From: the human T2T-CHM13v2.0 reference genome, Homo sapiens
DNA: 64,000 nt
Reading direction: 5' to 3' (one strand)
NCBI RefSeq assembly: GCF_009914755.1
Contig: NC_060931.1
The translations under genes and the position numbers were made by a program. Below the pieces are notes generated by a model. That model was given only the letters and a program-made list of their open reading frames with translations, had not been told where the DNA came from and made no database searches. Shown here piece by piece: positions 1 through 14,370 of this stretch (positions are counted from its first letter, which is position 1; each line of letters begins with the position of its first letter).

Positions 1-1850
1 AAAGAGAATACACATTATCCTTGAACACAAGTGAAATATTTTTGAATATTCACATACCATGTAACAATAAATTCCAAAAATATGTATATATTTGATTATA
101 AATGCAATACAACTAGAAAATACCTAGAAATTGCTTTAAAAATTCTTGATTAGAAGTTAAATATCATAAAACTTAACCTTTTAAAAAATCACAAATAGAC
201 AATCTATAAGATACATAAAAGAGTACTACATACTTACAAAGAAAATTTTAGCTTTAAAAGCATTGATCAGAAAATAAGAGAGGTAAAAACAACAGAGCTA
301 AGTATTTCCCTTGGGCATCAGAAGACAGGAAACAAAAAGAAGTAAGAATAAGAATGAGGACAGGAATTGGTGACAAAGAGAAACACAATAAAACCAAAGA
401 GGACTAAAAAAAGATATAACTTTAAAAATATTAAAACAATAGACCTCTAGAGCAAATCTAATGAAGGAAATAAATGATGCAAACAAAAAGCAAAATGAAA
501 AAGGGAGAAATAACTATGGACTCAACATAGTAAGAAGAATAGGCTACACAATTTGCTAATAAATTGTAAAACCTAGGTAAAATGGATACATTTCTGGAAA
601 ATCATAAAACACCAACACTGGCACAAAAAGAAATAGAAAACTTGAATAGAACAAAAAGCATTCAAATATCTGAAATAGAAATCAAGTATTTTCCCTCCCA
701 AAAAGCCCTAGACTGAGATGGTTAACATTGAATTACTAAACTTTCAAAAAAAAAAAAAAACTTTCCTAAGTTGCCAGAAAGTAGGAAAAATAAAAAAAAA
801 GACCACAAAAAAAAAACCCACAACAGCTCTTAATAGAAGACCAATATTAATTCCAAATCCAAATAAGGAGAAGTCAACCAAAGAACAAAAAGATCACTTC
901 CCAAATATGCATATACACAAAAATTCCAATAAGAATTTTAACTGACTAAATTTAAAAAGCATTATCCATTTGATGACATATATAAAATGGGAAAAATTCC
1001 TCTAAGAACATAAAACTACCAAAGTTCACTCCAGATGAACTGGAGAGCTTCCTAATGAAATTGAATTTGTAGTAAAAAACCTACCCATAAAGAAAGCTCC
1101 AGGCCATGAGGGCTTCACTGTTAAATTCTACCAAACATTTAAGGAAGAGATAATACCAATTCTACATAAAAATCTTTCTGAAAACAGGAGACAGGACACT
1201 TGCAAATAATTTTAGGAGATGACATTACCCTGAAACCAAAACCAGACAAAATCATTACAAGAAAACTACAACAAATATTCCTCATGAGTAATAGACGAAA
1301 AACACCTTAAAAATATTAGCCAACCAAATCCAACAATATAGAAAAGAAATACTACATTTGAGCAGGTGAGGTTTATCCCAGGATACAAACTAGATCAACA
1401 CTCATATATCAAAAAAATGTGTCAACTTCCAAATACGGCAGAGTGAAGAAACTGGTAACTCCCATTCTCCAAAACCACTTTAAAATTGGACAAAATTATA
1501 AAAAAAACACTCATATCAGGTTCTAGAGATTAACCAAAAGGAAGCAACAATGTGGGAAGCATTCATTCATAAAAAACTGAGAAACTGTGGGTAAAAACAG
1601 TGGGAGTCTGTGGCATTTTTACCTAGGTTGCTCCCATCCACCTCAGCACCACCCCCATCTCCCCCATACTGTTAGTCCAACAGTTCTTTTGAAGGGGGCA
1701 GGACCGAGTGTGGCTACTCATAAAAAGAACCTGTACTACTGGAACAGGCTGACCTGATTTGGGGCGGACAGCTAAAAACCTACGCTCAGAGGCACTATCA
1801 GTAAAAGTAGAGAACTCAGTAGGAAATAAAAGGCTGGGTAGCCTTGCCAC
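1..1850 (+). mobile_element. Old L1 (L1M) ORF2 fragments followed by an L1M 5'-region fragment
   Basis: L1 ORF2-like A-rich sequence (e.g. ggcttcactgttaaattctaccaaacatttaaggaaga, aaaccagacaaaa); heavily decayed. Confidence 0.75.
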
Positions 1851-2149
1851 TATCTTCCTTTAACCAATGTCAAAATTAAGAATTTATGAGCCAATGCCCT
1901 TAATCAACGTTACGTATTTCTAAAAATACTAAAGTTACAACTAAGTTATTTCTAATTTGCAAATAACATAGTTTATAGCATCTTTTTTGGCCCTGCATAA
2001 TTTTAGGCTATGACAGAAAATGACAATAATAGCTTTAACCTGAATTAATACCTTAACTGGTTCATGTTCCCCCAGTGAGTAAAACAGATTCTATAAACGC
2101 AGGACTAGGGTTATTTCACTTGTCTTCCTGATCACGCTCTGCATATTGG

Positions 2150-2410
2150 CTGACTTACCCACCTTTCAGCTCTCATCCTCAGAGCTGACTTCCAGGATCC
2201 TTCCCTGATGCTCCTCCTGTGTATTCCTGCAGCACTCTGTACGTCATTTTTTATCATAGCCTTTATTACACTGTATTGTAACTGCTAGGAATTGTTCCTA
2301 TTTTCCGAATTTTCCGCTAGACCATACCTTACTCAGTTTGGTATCTCTAGCATACTTTCCACTGTCAGGCACACAGGAGGTACTGAATGAATGAATGAAT
2401 GAATAAATAC
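2150..2410 (+). mobile_element. L2 3' end fragment
   Basis: ggcacacaggaggtac followed by the (TGAA)n terminus typical of L2. Confidence 0.65.
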
Positions 2411-3374
2411 ATTTTCAACTATAGTTTTATAGTTTTAAAAATCTTTCCACAGATTGTAGACCAACCATTTAATGGTCCATGTGTTTTCAATCTTTTAAGC
2501 AAAAATAACCCTTGTTCTTATGAAAACCTGTATGAAAGAGATTGAGGTTAAACTGCCCTGGGTAAAAGAGAGGCTAGGAGACAGGGGAGTAGACAGCCCT
2601 CAGGGAAGATTCCTGGGAAGTCCTAGGACTTCACATAACCCAGTTTCAAAACCATAGCATTAATCTAGTACAGAAAGAAGAAAATCACCAATAAAAATAC
2701 ACTATAGGAAAAAAATAGTTTATTTTTTCCATGTTGGTTCTTGTGCTGCTTTTTTAAATTAAATCTTTGATAGCCTCCTGACTTAGGATGTGCTGATTAA
2801 AACACCAAAATAAAATAGGCAAAGCAATTATGGACAGAGAGAATCTTTAAAATTATAAGACAGACTTCTCCATTTTATCTTCCCTTCTACCCTAATACCA
2901 AAAATAAACAAAAATCTTCTCTAAATAAGACTCACTTGGATTACATTATCTATAAAGGCTTATAAAAGCCTTTTACAAGTAATGACTTGAAAACTGGAGA
3001 GAAAAAAGAATGAGACTATAATACGATCTCCAATTAAGGCTCTAAAGATGGTGTCTTTACCAGTTACAAAGAAGCTAGAGAAAAATGACTGTATAGAGCT
3101 TAAAATTCGATCTTTAATCTATTATCTACAGTTTTCCTGCGTTAAAATTTTAGTGACATAGAAGGACCAATAAAAAAAGAGATTAAGAAACTAATTTTGG
3201 AGAACGAAAATCTATATACAATTACATTTACTTTCTATTATATTAAATAAAATAATAGGTGAACAGACTTCATCCTAGAATTTCATTTAATAGTGATACT
3301 TGAATAACTCAATTTATTCTTAGCCTATTCGATTCTTTTCAAGTCTTTCAAATTTAAGTAAAAAATGCACTTAC

Positions 3375-3455
3375 GTCATCTGCAATACCAAAAATTTTAG
3401 ATGTCAAGTATTTAAGTATGACAGTTCCAAATAACCAAAAACATCCTTGAATAAC
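3375..3455 (-). CDS. DPY19L1: DPY19L1 coding exon (probably exon 13), 81 nt: VIQGCFWLFGTVILKYLTSKIFGIADD
   Basis: tgtttag| acceptor, GAC|gtaagt donor; phase 0-0. Confidence 0.94.
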
Positions 3456-3984
3456 CTAAACAAAAGAAAACAAAAATAACTTTGATGCTTCATATTCCAC
3501 AGACATAGGCTAGGAAGAAAAAAATAAATGCTTTAATCATACATGAAATACATATTACTATCTACAAGAGAAAATGCTAGAAAATGCATCTCAATTTAAA
3601 ATCAAGCATGTTGCTCAAAATCAAGGGACAGTAACTAAAAATAAAAATATAATCATACAATCTTATCAAAATTAATATATTTTATAGAAGATTTACACAA
3701 CCACTGCAGTTAAATTCCCTTTAACAGTTTCTTATACATGCACTGTTTCTCAGATGAAACATGAGTAATAAATAAAACTGGAATTTTTAAACTACATACC
3801 CAGGATTAACTTTAACTTGTTTCATAAAAAGGGCAATTTGGTACATTAAAACTGAGCCCTAAAATACTATAAAACTGTTGGATCCCCTGAGTTGCATAGA
3901 TCATTTTCTTAAAAGTAAAACATAAAACCAATGATATATTTTAGAGAAGAAAAAACATAAGCATTAAAATAGATTGATTCTCAC

Positions 3985-4044
3985 CCATAAACTAAGTTCA
4001 GATACATTTATTTTCAGGAAATGTGGTTTCATTGCCAGAATACC
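3985..4044 (-). CDS. DPY19L1: DPY19L1 coding exon (probably exon 12), 60 nt: GILAMKPHFLKINVSELSLW
   Basis: ctctactcag| acceptor, TGG|gtgaga donor; phase 0-0. Confidence 0.94.
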
Positions 4045-5186
4045 CTGAGTAGAGAAAAATAACATAGTATACACAGTTAATACTTATAGACATAAATTCA
4101 AGTACCAAAAAATTCTTCTAAATAATAAGATTCTCAAGTATCTAAAATTTAGCACATGGTTGACTTTCCACATACCATCCACATGCTCATTTCTAGAGTC
4201 AGTGACTTCAAGGTATAGCCCTATTATCCAAAGTCAATTAGGTGAATGCGTGACTTTTTAAAGTTGAAAAAGGAATCACCATATGTAAATGTCTATGACT
4301 GATTTGACATATCTGATTTATCTCTGAGCCATGAGGTATATAACATTTTCAGAATTTTGGACAGTAGTCATACAGGCATAAGATTTTCCTTTAGCTAAAA
4401 ATTACTGACTCTTAGGGTAAACAGCAAATGAAATGTTAATGGATCAACTAAATACTTCTCTGAAGTATTTTCAGGTGGTAATGCTTCCAAACTGTATTAC
4501 CCTTGGGGAGCTAAAACTACTTCAAACATGGCAAAAATATGATTAGAGATCAAAACATAAATACTTCAAACCAAATTAAATCTTTTTGGAAGTTTCTAAA
4601 TACCTGAGAATACAAAATGTGATACAATTCAGGTTTCAAAGTGAAATTATAAATATATGCAAATGTGTGTTTATAGTTAAATATGCACAAACATGCTGTA
4701 TTCCCTGTTATCATTTATTTTTATACACCAAAATATATGGAATATACATAAATATGCTTAATTCGTACCTAAGGCACACCTCAGTGTGAAGCATCTAGCA
4801 GCATACCTGACATATAGAACTGAAAAGAAATTTCCTACAAAATGTACTTAAATTAGATTTTATTTGTATGTAATATTCGATTCAATGGTTTCCCTGTCCA
4901 TAGTACCAAGATTCATATACTTTATCCTGGGTGATAGCAGTACATGAGAAAATACATATGTAAAATATACAACTGAGTACTTTGTCACCTTTCCTAATAA
5001 TAAACAGAGAACACAGAACTGAAGAACTATACTTATTAATCCCAAAGTTATGATTTTTCTTGTTGTTGTTGTTGAAAATATAGCATCATGCTAATTGCTA
5101 ATTTCTGTAGCTAAGTATACTCAAGGCACAACCTGAAAAGGGTGGCGGCCCACACTGGGAAGAGGCATATTTTTGAGAAATGGGTA

Positions 5187-5479
5187 TTTTTTTTTTTTTT
5201 TGAAATGGAGTCTCGCTCTGTTGCCCATGCTGGAGTGTAGTGGCGCGATCTCAGCTCACTGCAAGCTCCGCCTCCTGGGTTCATGCCATTCTGCCTCAGC
5301 CTCCTGAGTAGCTGGGACTACAGGCGCCCGCCACCATGCCCGGCTAATTTTTTGTATTTTCAGTAGAGATGGGATTTCACCTTGTTAGCCAGGATGGTCT
5401 CGATCTCCTGACCTCGTGATCCACCTGCCTCAGCCTCCCAAAGTGCTGGGATTAGAGGCGTGAGCCACTGCGCCTGGCC
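5187..5479 (-). mobile_element. AluY-like
   Basis: Full dimer in reverse; gcaagctccgcctcc diagnostic; TSD gagaaatgggt / gaaaaatgggt. Confidence 0.93.
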
Positions 5480-5778
5480 GAAAAATGGGTTTTTAAATAA
5501 ATATCATTTGTAAAATAAATGAAAATGGAGGTTTCAAATGTAATGGGTTCTAGAAATTAAGAAACCCCAAATGATCTGAGTAACTTAATTACTCAAGAAG
5601 TCGAATATATTCCAATTACGACAGTGCAATACGCTTTTAAAGTCACAGGGAAACTAAAGCACATGTACTTTAAACATAAGGAATAACAAGTCTGCAAAAC
5701 ATTTTAATGGAAATCCACCAAAAATAAGGCAGTCTTAAAATTTCAGAAGACTTTTAGACTTACAAAGTCATCCTGCCA

Positions 5779-6054
5779 GCCGGGCATGGTGGCTCACGCC
5801 TGTAATCCCAGCACTTTGGGAGGCCGAGGTGGGCAGATCACCTGAGGTCAGGAGTTAGAGACCAGCCTGACCAACATGGAGAAACCCCGTCTCTACTAAA
5901 AATACAAAACTAGCCGGGCATGGTGGCACATGCCTGTAATCGCAGCTACTTGGAAGGCTGAGGCAGGAGAAACGCTTGAACCTGGGAGGCGGAGTGAGCC
6001 AAGATTGCGCCATTGCACTCCAGCGTAGGCAACAAGAGTGAAACTCCACCTTAA

Positions 6055-6084
<30 letters not shown>
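5779..6084 (+). mobile_element. AluSp-like
   Basis: Full dimer; ctgaccaacatggagaaacccc; perfect 17-bp TSD acaaagtcatcctgcca (5762-5778, 6085-6101). Confidence 0.93.
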
Positions 6085-6085
<1 letters not shown>

Positions 6086-6660
6086 CAAAGTCATCCTGCC
6101 ATATGTAGCAGAAAGAATTAGATGACCTTCCATCAATTTGTTCTAATTCTGTAAAATAATCTCTCCATAATCTAAAGTTGTTCTTGGTAGTGATTTAGCA
6201 AAATAAAACTGAATCATCACCTTACTTAAACCATCTGAATAGTCCATACAAGTAGACAAGGGGCAAAAAACAAAACAAGAAAAACAAAACAAAACAAAAA
6301 ACAGAAGAAAAAGTAACCAAGGCCTTGATCTTCTGAGCACAGTGGAATGAAGAGGGGTGGCTGTTACAAGATTGCAATGAGAGGAAAGGGGTTCAAAAAG
6401 TGGAGCAGGAGTAGGATTAAAAATGCAAAGGAGGAAGGGAGAAGAAAGCATAGAAACTTTTCTGAAATGATACTAATTTTTCCTTGTTTTTTTTTTCCCT
6501 GTTTTAGAATTGAGTACTTGAACACCATACATCTAGAATATTCAGTAAGACACTTAAGATGGTTCCTACAGAAAACCCTGATGAATCCTAAGCCAGTGAA
6601 GAAAAAATTGTTAAACCATTAGTTTCAAAAACAGCCATATAAGTGTTAAGGAATACTTAC

Positions 6661-6747
6661 CCAAATAATTACCAAAGAAGAAGCATAATAAGAAGTTAAT
6701 AACATTGAGTTCCCAAACATCAAAACAAAACAAAGTGCAAGAGAAAT
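6661..6747 (-). CDS. DPY19L1: DPY19L1 coding exon (probably exon 11), 87 nt: ISLALCFVLMFGNSMLLTSYYASSLVIIW
   Basis: ttttccag| acceptor, TGG|gtaagt donor; phase 0-0. Confidence 0.95.
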
Positions 6748-6859
6748 CTGGAAAAATCCAAGAAAAAAATATAAGTAATGCACATAAAACAAAAAACCTT
6801 TGTTTTTTATTGTGAAAACTGCACATGCCCATAATAAACAAAATTCAAACTGTTGAAAA

Positions 6860-8574
6860 GGGACTATAAAACAGCCCATTCTCCATCTCACACTTCAAAC
6901 TCCCAGAGATAACCATCATCAACAGTTTCCTGTTTATCCTTCCAGACAACATGTATAAATTCTAGTTTATATATTTTGTAAAACCACAAATGGACACTTA
7001 CCCCACAAGCTGTACTATTTCTTGCTTTTATTCGTAATATGTTTCAGAGAGCTTTCCATACACATGCAAGCCAATCTAATACATTCTGCTTAAGAACTGG
7101 TAAAAGTATTCTATTCTATAGATGTATCCTAATTTATTTAACTAGTCCTCCGAATACTGCGAAACACTTAAGTGCTTTCCACTTCTATTTTGTTTTGTTT
7201 GGATCTTCCCAATACAAACACTGCTATGATAGACATCCTTATGTGTATACCTTATGTGCATGTCAGTACATTTATGAATAAATTACTAGAAGTGAAATTG
7301 ATGGATCAAGGATATACACATTTTTAAATTCAATACAAATATTGACAAATTGGCCTACAAAAAGATTGTGGCAATTCACTTTCCCACCAACTGGGCAGGA
7401 GAGTTCCTATGGATATATATTCTGGCAACACTGTATTATTCTTTTAAATATTTGCCAATCCAGTAGGGAAAAAATGTTACCTCATTGTTTCACTTTTCCA
7501 TTCTTTTAATAGTAGATGAGACACAGCACCTTTTATTCTATTTGCTGGTTATGTTGTCTTGTGTGTATGTGTGAACTGCTTATTCCCACTGCCCATCTGT
7601 CTACTGGGATTTCATTATTTTCCTTAACAGCTCTCTTCATATATTACAGAACATAGCCCCAATATCCAGAATCTACAAAGAACTTAAACAAATTTACAAG
7701 AAAAAAAAAACCATCAAAAAGTGGGTGAAGGATATGAACAGACACTTCTCAAAAGAAGACATTTATGCAGCCAACAAACATATGAAAAAAAAGCTCATCA
7801 TAATTGGTCATCAGAGAAATGCAAATCAAAACCACAATGAGATAACATCTCATGCCAGTTAGAATGGCGATCATTAAAAAGTCAGGAGACAAAGATGCTG
7901 TAGATGATGTGGAGAAATAGGAACGCTTTTACAGTGCTGGTGGGAGTATAAATTAGTTCAACTATTGTGGAAGATAGTGTGACAATTCCTCAAGGATCTA
8001 GAACTAGAAATACCATTTGACCCAGCAATCCCATTGCTGGGTACATACTCAAAGGATTATAAATCATTCTACTATAAAGACACATGCACACATATGTTTA
8101 TTGCAGCACTGTTCACAATAGCAAAGACTTGGAACAAACCCAAATGCCTGTCAATGATAGTCTGGATAAAGAAAATGTGGCACATATACACCATGGAATA
8201 CTATGCAGCTATAAAAAAGGATGAGTTCATGTCCTTTGCAGGGACATAGATGAAGCTGGAAGCCATAACTGTCAGCAAACTAACACAGGAACAGAAAACC
8301 AAACACTGCATGTCCTCACTCATAACTGTCAGTTGAACAATGAGAACACATGGACACAGGGAGGGGAACATCACACATCAGGGACTGTTGGGGGCTGGGG
8401 GGCTAGGGGAGGGATAGCATTAGGAGAAATACCTAATGTAGATGACGGGTTGATGGGTGCAGCAAACCACCATGACACGTGTATACCTATGTAACAAAAC
8501 TCCACTTGCTGCACATATACTCCAGAACTTAAAGTATATATATATATTTTAATATATATGTTTATTTGTATATA

Positions 8575-8611
<37 letters not shown>

Positions 8612-9615
8612 ATATATATAAAAGAACCTAGCCCCTTATCAAGTAAACATATTGTAAATATTTTTCTCAGTTCATTTTTGACCTCTGTAGTATTTTTTGT
8701 ATTATGGTTATTTTCTAAATCTTTATGTTAGCAAATTTATCTTTCATTTCCTTTAGGTCTTTGGATTTATCTGTCATTTAAAAGGCACTAAAAATAAAAT
8801 AATCCATATTCTAGAAGTTTTATTTTTGATCCATATATATCAATTTCCATGTGAATTTCAGAATCAACTTATTAAGCTTCAAAAACTAAAATTTTAATTA
8901 AAATTACTTTATTCAATAACGTGTTATTTATAGTTATATCTGTTCAACATCAAATCTTCAGATCCCAAAGCAATACATGTTCCTTCCATTTCTTTAAATC
9001 TTCTTTTACATGCATTAGCAAGTATAGTTTTCTTTGTATAGATTCCTGCATATTTTCTTGAGTTTATTCTAAAGCATATTATTTTTGCTGCTGTTTTATC
9101 AAGAATCTTCATATTTTGATTGTTTGTATACAGAAAAATTATATTAAATATGCATCAATGAATATGATTTCATTGTTTCCAGTAGTAGTTTATTTGGATT
9201 TCTCAAGTATTCAAAATGATATCAACTACAAACAATGATATTTTTACATTTTCCTTTGAATTATTTTTCAGTCAATTGTATTAGCTGACATTTCTGCAAT
9301 AATGTTAAGTAATGAGAGAGGCAGTAGGCATATTTACCATGCTTCTGGCATTAATGGAAATAGGAAATTGTTCTATGGCTTCATCATTTTATGTGATACT
9401 AGTTTTTCTTTTGAGGTGTGGGTATCTTAAATTTCAATGAAATATCCGTCTATTTTTACTTGATTATGGTCTTAAACACCAAAAATAGATGTTGACTTTT
9501 ATCATATACCTTTATAATATCAAAGGCAATTATTATGGATTTTTTAAACTTCCTAATGTGATAAATCATATTAATAGAATTTCTATTATCAACACATTCC
9601 TGCATTCCTGGAATG
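6860..9615 (-). mobile_element. Old L1M (L1ME-like) antisense fragments hosting the younger L1PA insertion
   Basis: Reverse-complement L1 3'/ORF2-like sequence (agaagtgaaattgatggatcaagg, ttcccaccaac, gcattcctggaat) on both sides of 7661-8622. Confidence 0.6.
7661..8622 (+). mobile_element. 5'-truncated L1PA (about L1PA7/8) 3' end with (TA)n tail
   Basis: Close match to L1 ORF2 C-terminus and 3'UTR; 13-bp TSD agaacatagcccc (7648-7660) / agaacctagcccc (8623-8635). Confidence 0.92.
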
Positions 9616-11222
9616 AGGCACTTAGATACAAATTTAACTACGTAAAAAACCTATCTGAGCAAAACTACAAAACTTCAATGAAACTAATCAAAGAACTTTA
9701 TAAATACATGAAGTGTTATTCCATGTACAGGAAGATTCCATATTGAAGGGATGTCAGTTCTTCCCAACTTGATTCAGCACAATCCCAATAATGAGCCTAG
9801 CAAGTTACCAATAAAGTGATTCTGAAGTTTATATGGAGATATAAACAACCCAGTATAGAGCCAACTCAATACCAAAGAAGAGCAAAGTCAGAGGACTGAC
9901 ACTACCCCACTTCAAGACTTGCTATAAAGTTACTGTAATCAAGACAGTGTGATATTGGTGAAAGAAGACACAAACAGATCAAGGGAACAAAATACAGAGC
10001 CCAGAAATAGACTCACATATATAGTCAACTGATATTTGACCAAGGAGCAAAGGCAATACTGTGGAGCAAAAATAGTCCTTTCCACAAACGGTGCTGGAAC
10101 AACTAGAGATCCACATACAAAAAAATAAATCTAGACATAAGACTTTACACCCTTCATGAAAACTAACTCAAAACAGACAACAGATCTAAATGCACACTGC
10201 AAAACTATAAAGCTCCTAGAAGATAACATTGGAGGAAACCTAGATGACCTTAGGTATGGTGATGACTTCTTAGATAAAAGAACAAAGGTACAATTTATGA
10301 AAGAAACAATTGATAAGCTGAACTTCATTAAAATTAAAAACTTCTGCTCTGTGAAAGACAGGACAATGATTGAGAGAAGATATCTGCAAAAGACACATCT
10401 GATAAGGGACTGTTATCAAAAATATACAAAGAATTCTTAAAACTCGACAATAAGGAAATGAACAACCCAAGGAAAAATAAGCAAAAGATCTTAATAGACA
10501 CTTCACCAAAAAAGATACACAGATGGCAAAAAAAAGTATATTAAAAGATGTTCAACCAAATTAAAACAATGAGATACCATTACACATCTACTGGATGCCC
10601 AAAATCCACAGTGACACCACCAAATGCTGACAAGGATGTGGAGCAGCAGGAACTCTCATTTATTGCTGGTGGTAATGCAAAATGGTATGGCCACTTTGGA
10701 AGACAGTTTGGCAATTTCCTAAAAACTAAGCATACTCTCACCATACCATCCAAATATCACTTTCCTTGGTATTTACTCAAATGAACTGAAACATCCATGT
10801 AAAAACCTGCATACAGATGTTTACGGCAGCTTTATTCATAATTGCCCAAACTTGGAGTTAACCAACAAGTTATTCAATAGGCAAATAAATAAACAGTGGT
10901 ACATCCATATAATGTTAATAAAATGTTAATAATAATCAAGATCTAAATGAGCTATCAAGCCATGAAAAGACTTGGAGGAAACTTATTTGCTTTTTACTAA
11001 GTGAAAGAAGCCAATACGAAAAGGCTACATACTGTATGGTTCCAAACACATGACACTATACAAAAGGCAAAACTATGGAAACAGTAAAAAGATCAGCGGC
11101 TGCCATGGGTTAGGGGGAAGGAGGGATGAATAGGTGGAGCACAGAAGAGCTTTATGGCTGTGAAACTGTTCTACAAGATACTACATGGTTGACACATGTC
11201 ATTATACATTTGTCAAAATCCA

Positions 11223-11395
11223 GGCCGATTGTGGTGGCTCACATCTGCAATCCTAGCACTTTGGGAGGCCAAGGCAGAAGGATCCCTTGAGCCCAGGAGG
11301 TCAAGGCTGTGGTGAGCCATATTTGCACCACTGAACTCCAGCCTGGGCAACAGAGCAAGATCCTGTATCAAAAAAACAAAACAAAACACAACAAC
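11223..11395 (+). mobile_element. Monomeric Alu (FRAM/AluJ-derived)
   Basis: Single ~150-bp Alu arm with A-rich tail. Confidence 0.85.
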
Positions 11396-11578
11396 CACCC
11401 GTAGAAAAGTGAGGCCTAACGTAAACTACGGACTTTGGGTGATTCTGATGTGTGATGTAGGTTTATCAATTGTAACAAATGTACCACTCTGGTGCGGGAT
11501 GTCAATAGAGGGGTAGGTTGTGCATGGTTGGGGGCAGGGGGTATATGGGAACTTTGTATTTTCTGCTTAATTTTGCTA

Positions 11579-11935
<357 letters not shown>

Positions 11936-11939
11936 TTAA

Positions 11940-12790
11940 GAAACAAAAACCACGGTGAGATATCACCTTATACCTATTAGGATGGCTACCATCCAAGAGC
12001 AGAAAATAAATGTTGGTGATTACATGGAGAAAATAGAACCTCGTGCACTGTTTACAGGAATGTAAAATGTACCGCTACTATGGAAAAGTTTGGCAGTTCC
12101 TTAAAAAATAGATTTACCATATGATCAATCCAGCAATTCCACTTCTGGGTACATACTGAAAACAACTGAAAACAAGATCTCAAAAAATATTTGTTTACCC
12201 ATGTTCATAGCAGCATTATTTCCTATAGCTGAAACACAGAAGTAACCCAAGTATCCGTGAATGAACTGGATAAGCAAAATCGTGTGTGTGTGTGTGTGCG
12301 TGTGTGCACACGTGTGTACACACAATGGAATCCAAGTATCCATGGACAGATTGAATGGATAAGCAGAATCGTGTGTGTGTGTGCGTGTGTGTGTGTGTCT
12401 GTGTACACACCATGGACTATTATTTAGCTTTAAAAAGGAAGGAAATTCTGACATGCTTCAACATAGAAGTAACTTGGGACAGTAGGCTAATTGAAATAGG
12501 CCAGTCACAAAAAGACAAATACTGTATGATTTCACTTACATGACATATATAAAGTAGTCAAAATCACAAAGACAGAAAGTAGAATGGTGGTTTCCAGGGA
12601 CTGGGAAGATGGAAGAATAAGGACTTTAATGGGTATAAAGTTTCAGTTTTGCAAGATGAAAAATGTTCTGGAAATAGGTGGTGGTGATGGTTGTAAAACA
12701 ATGTGAATGTACTTAATATCACTGAACTGTATAATTAAAAATGCTTAAGGTGGTAAATTTTAAGTTACATGTATTTTACCACAATAAAAA
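11940..12790 (+). mobile_element. L1MB-like 3' end
   Basis: ORF2 C-terminus and 3'UTR ending tgtattttaccacaataaaaa. Confidence 0.8.
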
Positions 12791-13129
12791 ATGGAAAAAT
12801 AATTTTTTGGAAATAATTCTATATATTTTTTTCTTTTTATAACTATAAGAATTTAGGAATTTATAAAACGATAATGGAAGAAGATAGAAAACAGTAAGTC
12901 ATATAATAAAGTATGTATCATTTACCCAAAGTAGGTTTTGCTGCAAACTACATTGTGTAATTTTATAATTTTATAACTATAACTTTGAGTCAAGGCCCTC
13001 AGCCATAGTTGCCTATGTGACCAGCCAACTCTGAAGGCTTAACATTTAATCTGATTTATACTACAAAATAAAAAACTATTTTAAATAGTTTGGGGAAAAA
13101 ATAAGCCAAGTCTAAAAAATATATAATTA

Positions 13130-14370
13130 CTGTCTAACTCATTCATGAACAAGGATGTAAAAATCCTATCAACATGACAGCAAAGTGAATCCAGCGACAT
13201 GCAAAAATTGTGTTTAGCCCAGAAAAGCAAGTTTATTTAATGCTAGAAAGTTAATTAATGTTAATTCATTATAGTAACCGATTGAAGAGGGGGAAATACA
13301 CCGATTCATCTAAACAGATGTAGTAAAGCATTTCATGAAACTTAACATTTATTAATTTCTTTTTAAAAGTGCTCAAAGCATGATGAGGACATGTTAAAAG
13401 GAAAGAGAAGTCAGCTTAAATAGTTGGACAAGTGTGGAACAATTGGAGCATCAACATAAATAACAAAAATAATGGATTACACTGCATTGACTAAAATAGA
13501 TGTCATTTTCTTTTGGACACAAGACAAACTGGTAAAAGATCTGAATAGGAATTTACAACAATGGAAACATGAAGGGCATATAAACAAACCAAAAGATGCT
13601 CAGCTTCATTATGAATCAGAGAAAATGCAAATTAAGGTTACAAGATACCATTTTACACGAACCAGATTGATAAAATAAAAAAGGATGTAGAATAACATAA
13701 GCTGCTATATATTGCTGTTGGAAGTAGTCCAATCATTTTAGAAAAACAATTTAGTATTTATAAAGTTGAACATGTACATAATTTACCACCCAACAAGTTT
13801 ACTACCAGGTAAATACCCTAGAGAAACTCTCAACATATGTGCCCTAGGAGATATGTGAAGAATGTACAGCATTATTTATAACTAAAATAAGAAGCTGGGG
13901 GGAGAGGAGAGAACCTAAATGTCCTTCAACAAGAAAATGAATAAATGAATTATGCTTTATTTATATGATGGAAAATATAAAGCAGTGAAAATATTTGAAT
14001 TCTAGTTACATGTAAGTAGCAGAAATCTGAGTGAAAAAATGGTATTTATAAAATAATGCCATTTGCATAAACCTTACAAAGAATGTGAACATTTAATAAT
14101 AAAAATATGTACTATTTAGTAATCCACATATTGTAAAGTTATAAAGAAAAGCAAATTGATTACAATTCAAAAAGTCAGAATAGTGGTTACCTCTAGGAAC
14201 AGTGAGGGGATGAGCTCAGGGCATACAGGACTTAAAAGTAACAATAAAGTTCTATTATCCATTTGGAGAGTAGGCTCCTGGTTGTTTATTTTATGACCGT
14301 GTTTATAACTTCCTTACACATTATAAATGTTCTTTTATATGTATAAATTATTAAGAAAATGAAAATAATG
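13130..14370 (+). mobile_element. L1ME-like fragments
   Basis: Degenerate L1 ORF2/3'UTR motifs (aatgcaaattaagg, ccctagagaaactctc, tggttacctct). Confidence 0.6.

Noticed and set aside
8034-8249. ORF resembling a protein C-terminus
   Set aside because: L1 ORF2 C-terminal remnant of a 5'-truncated L1PA.
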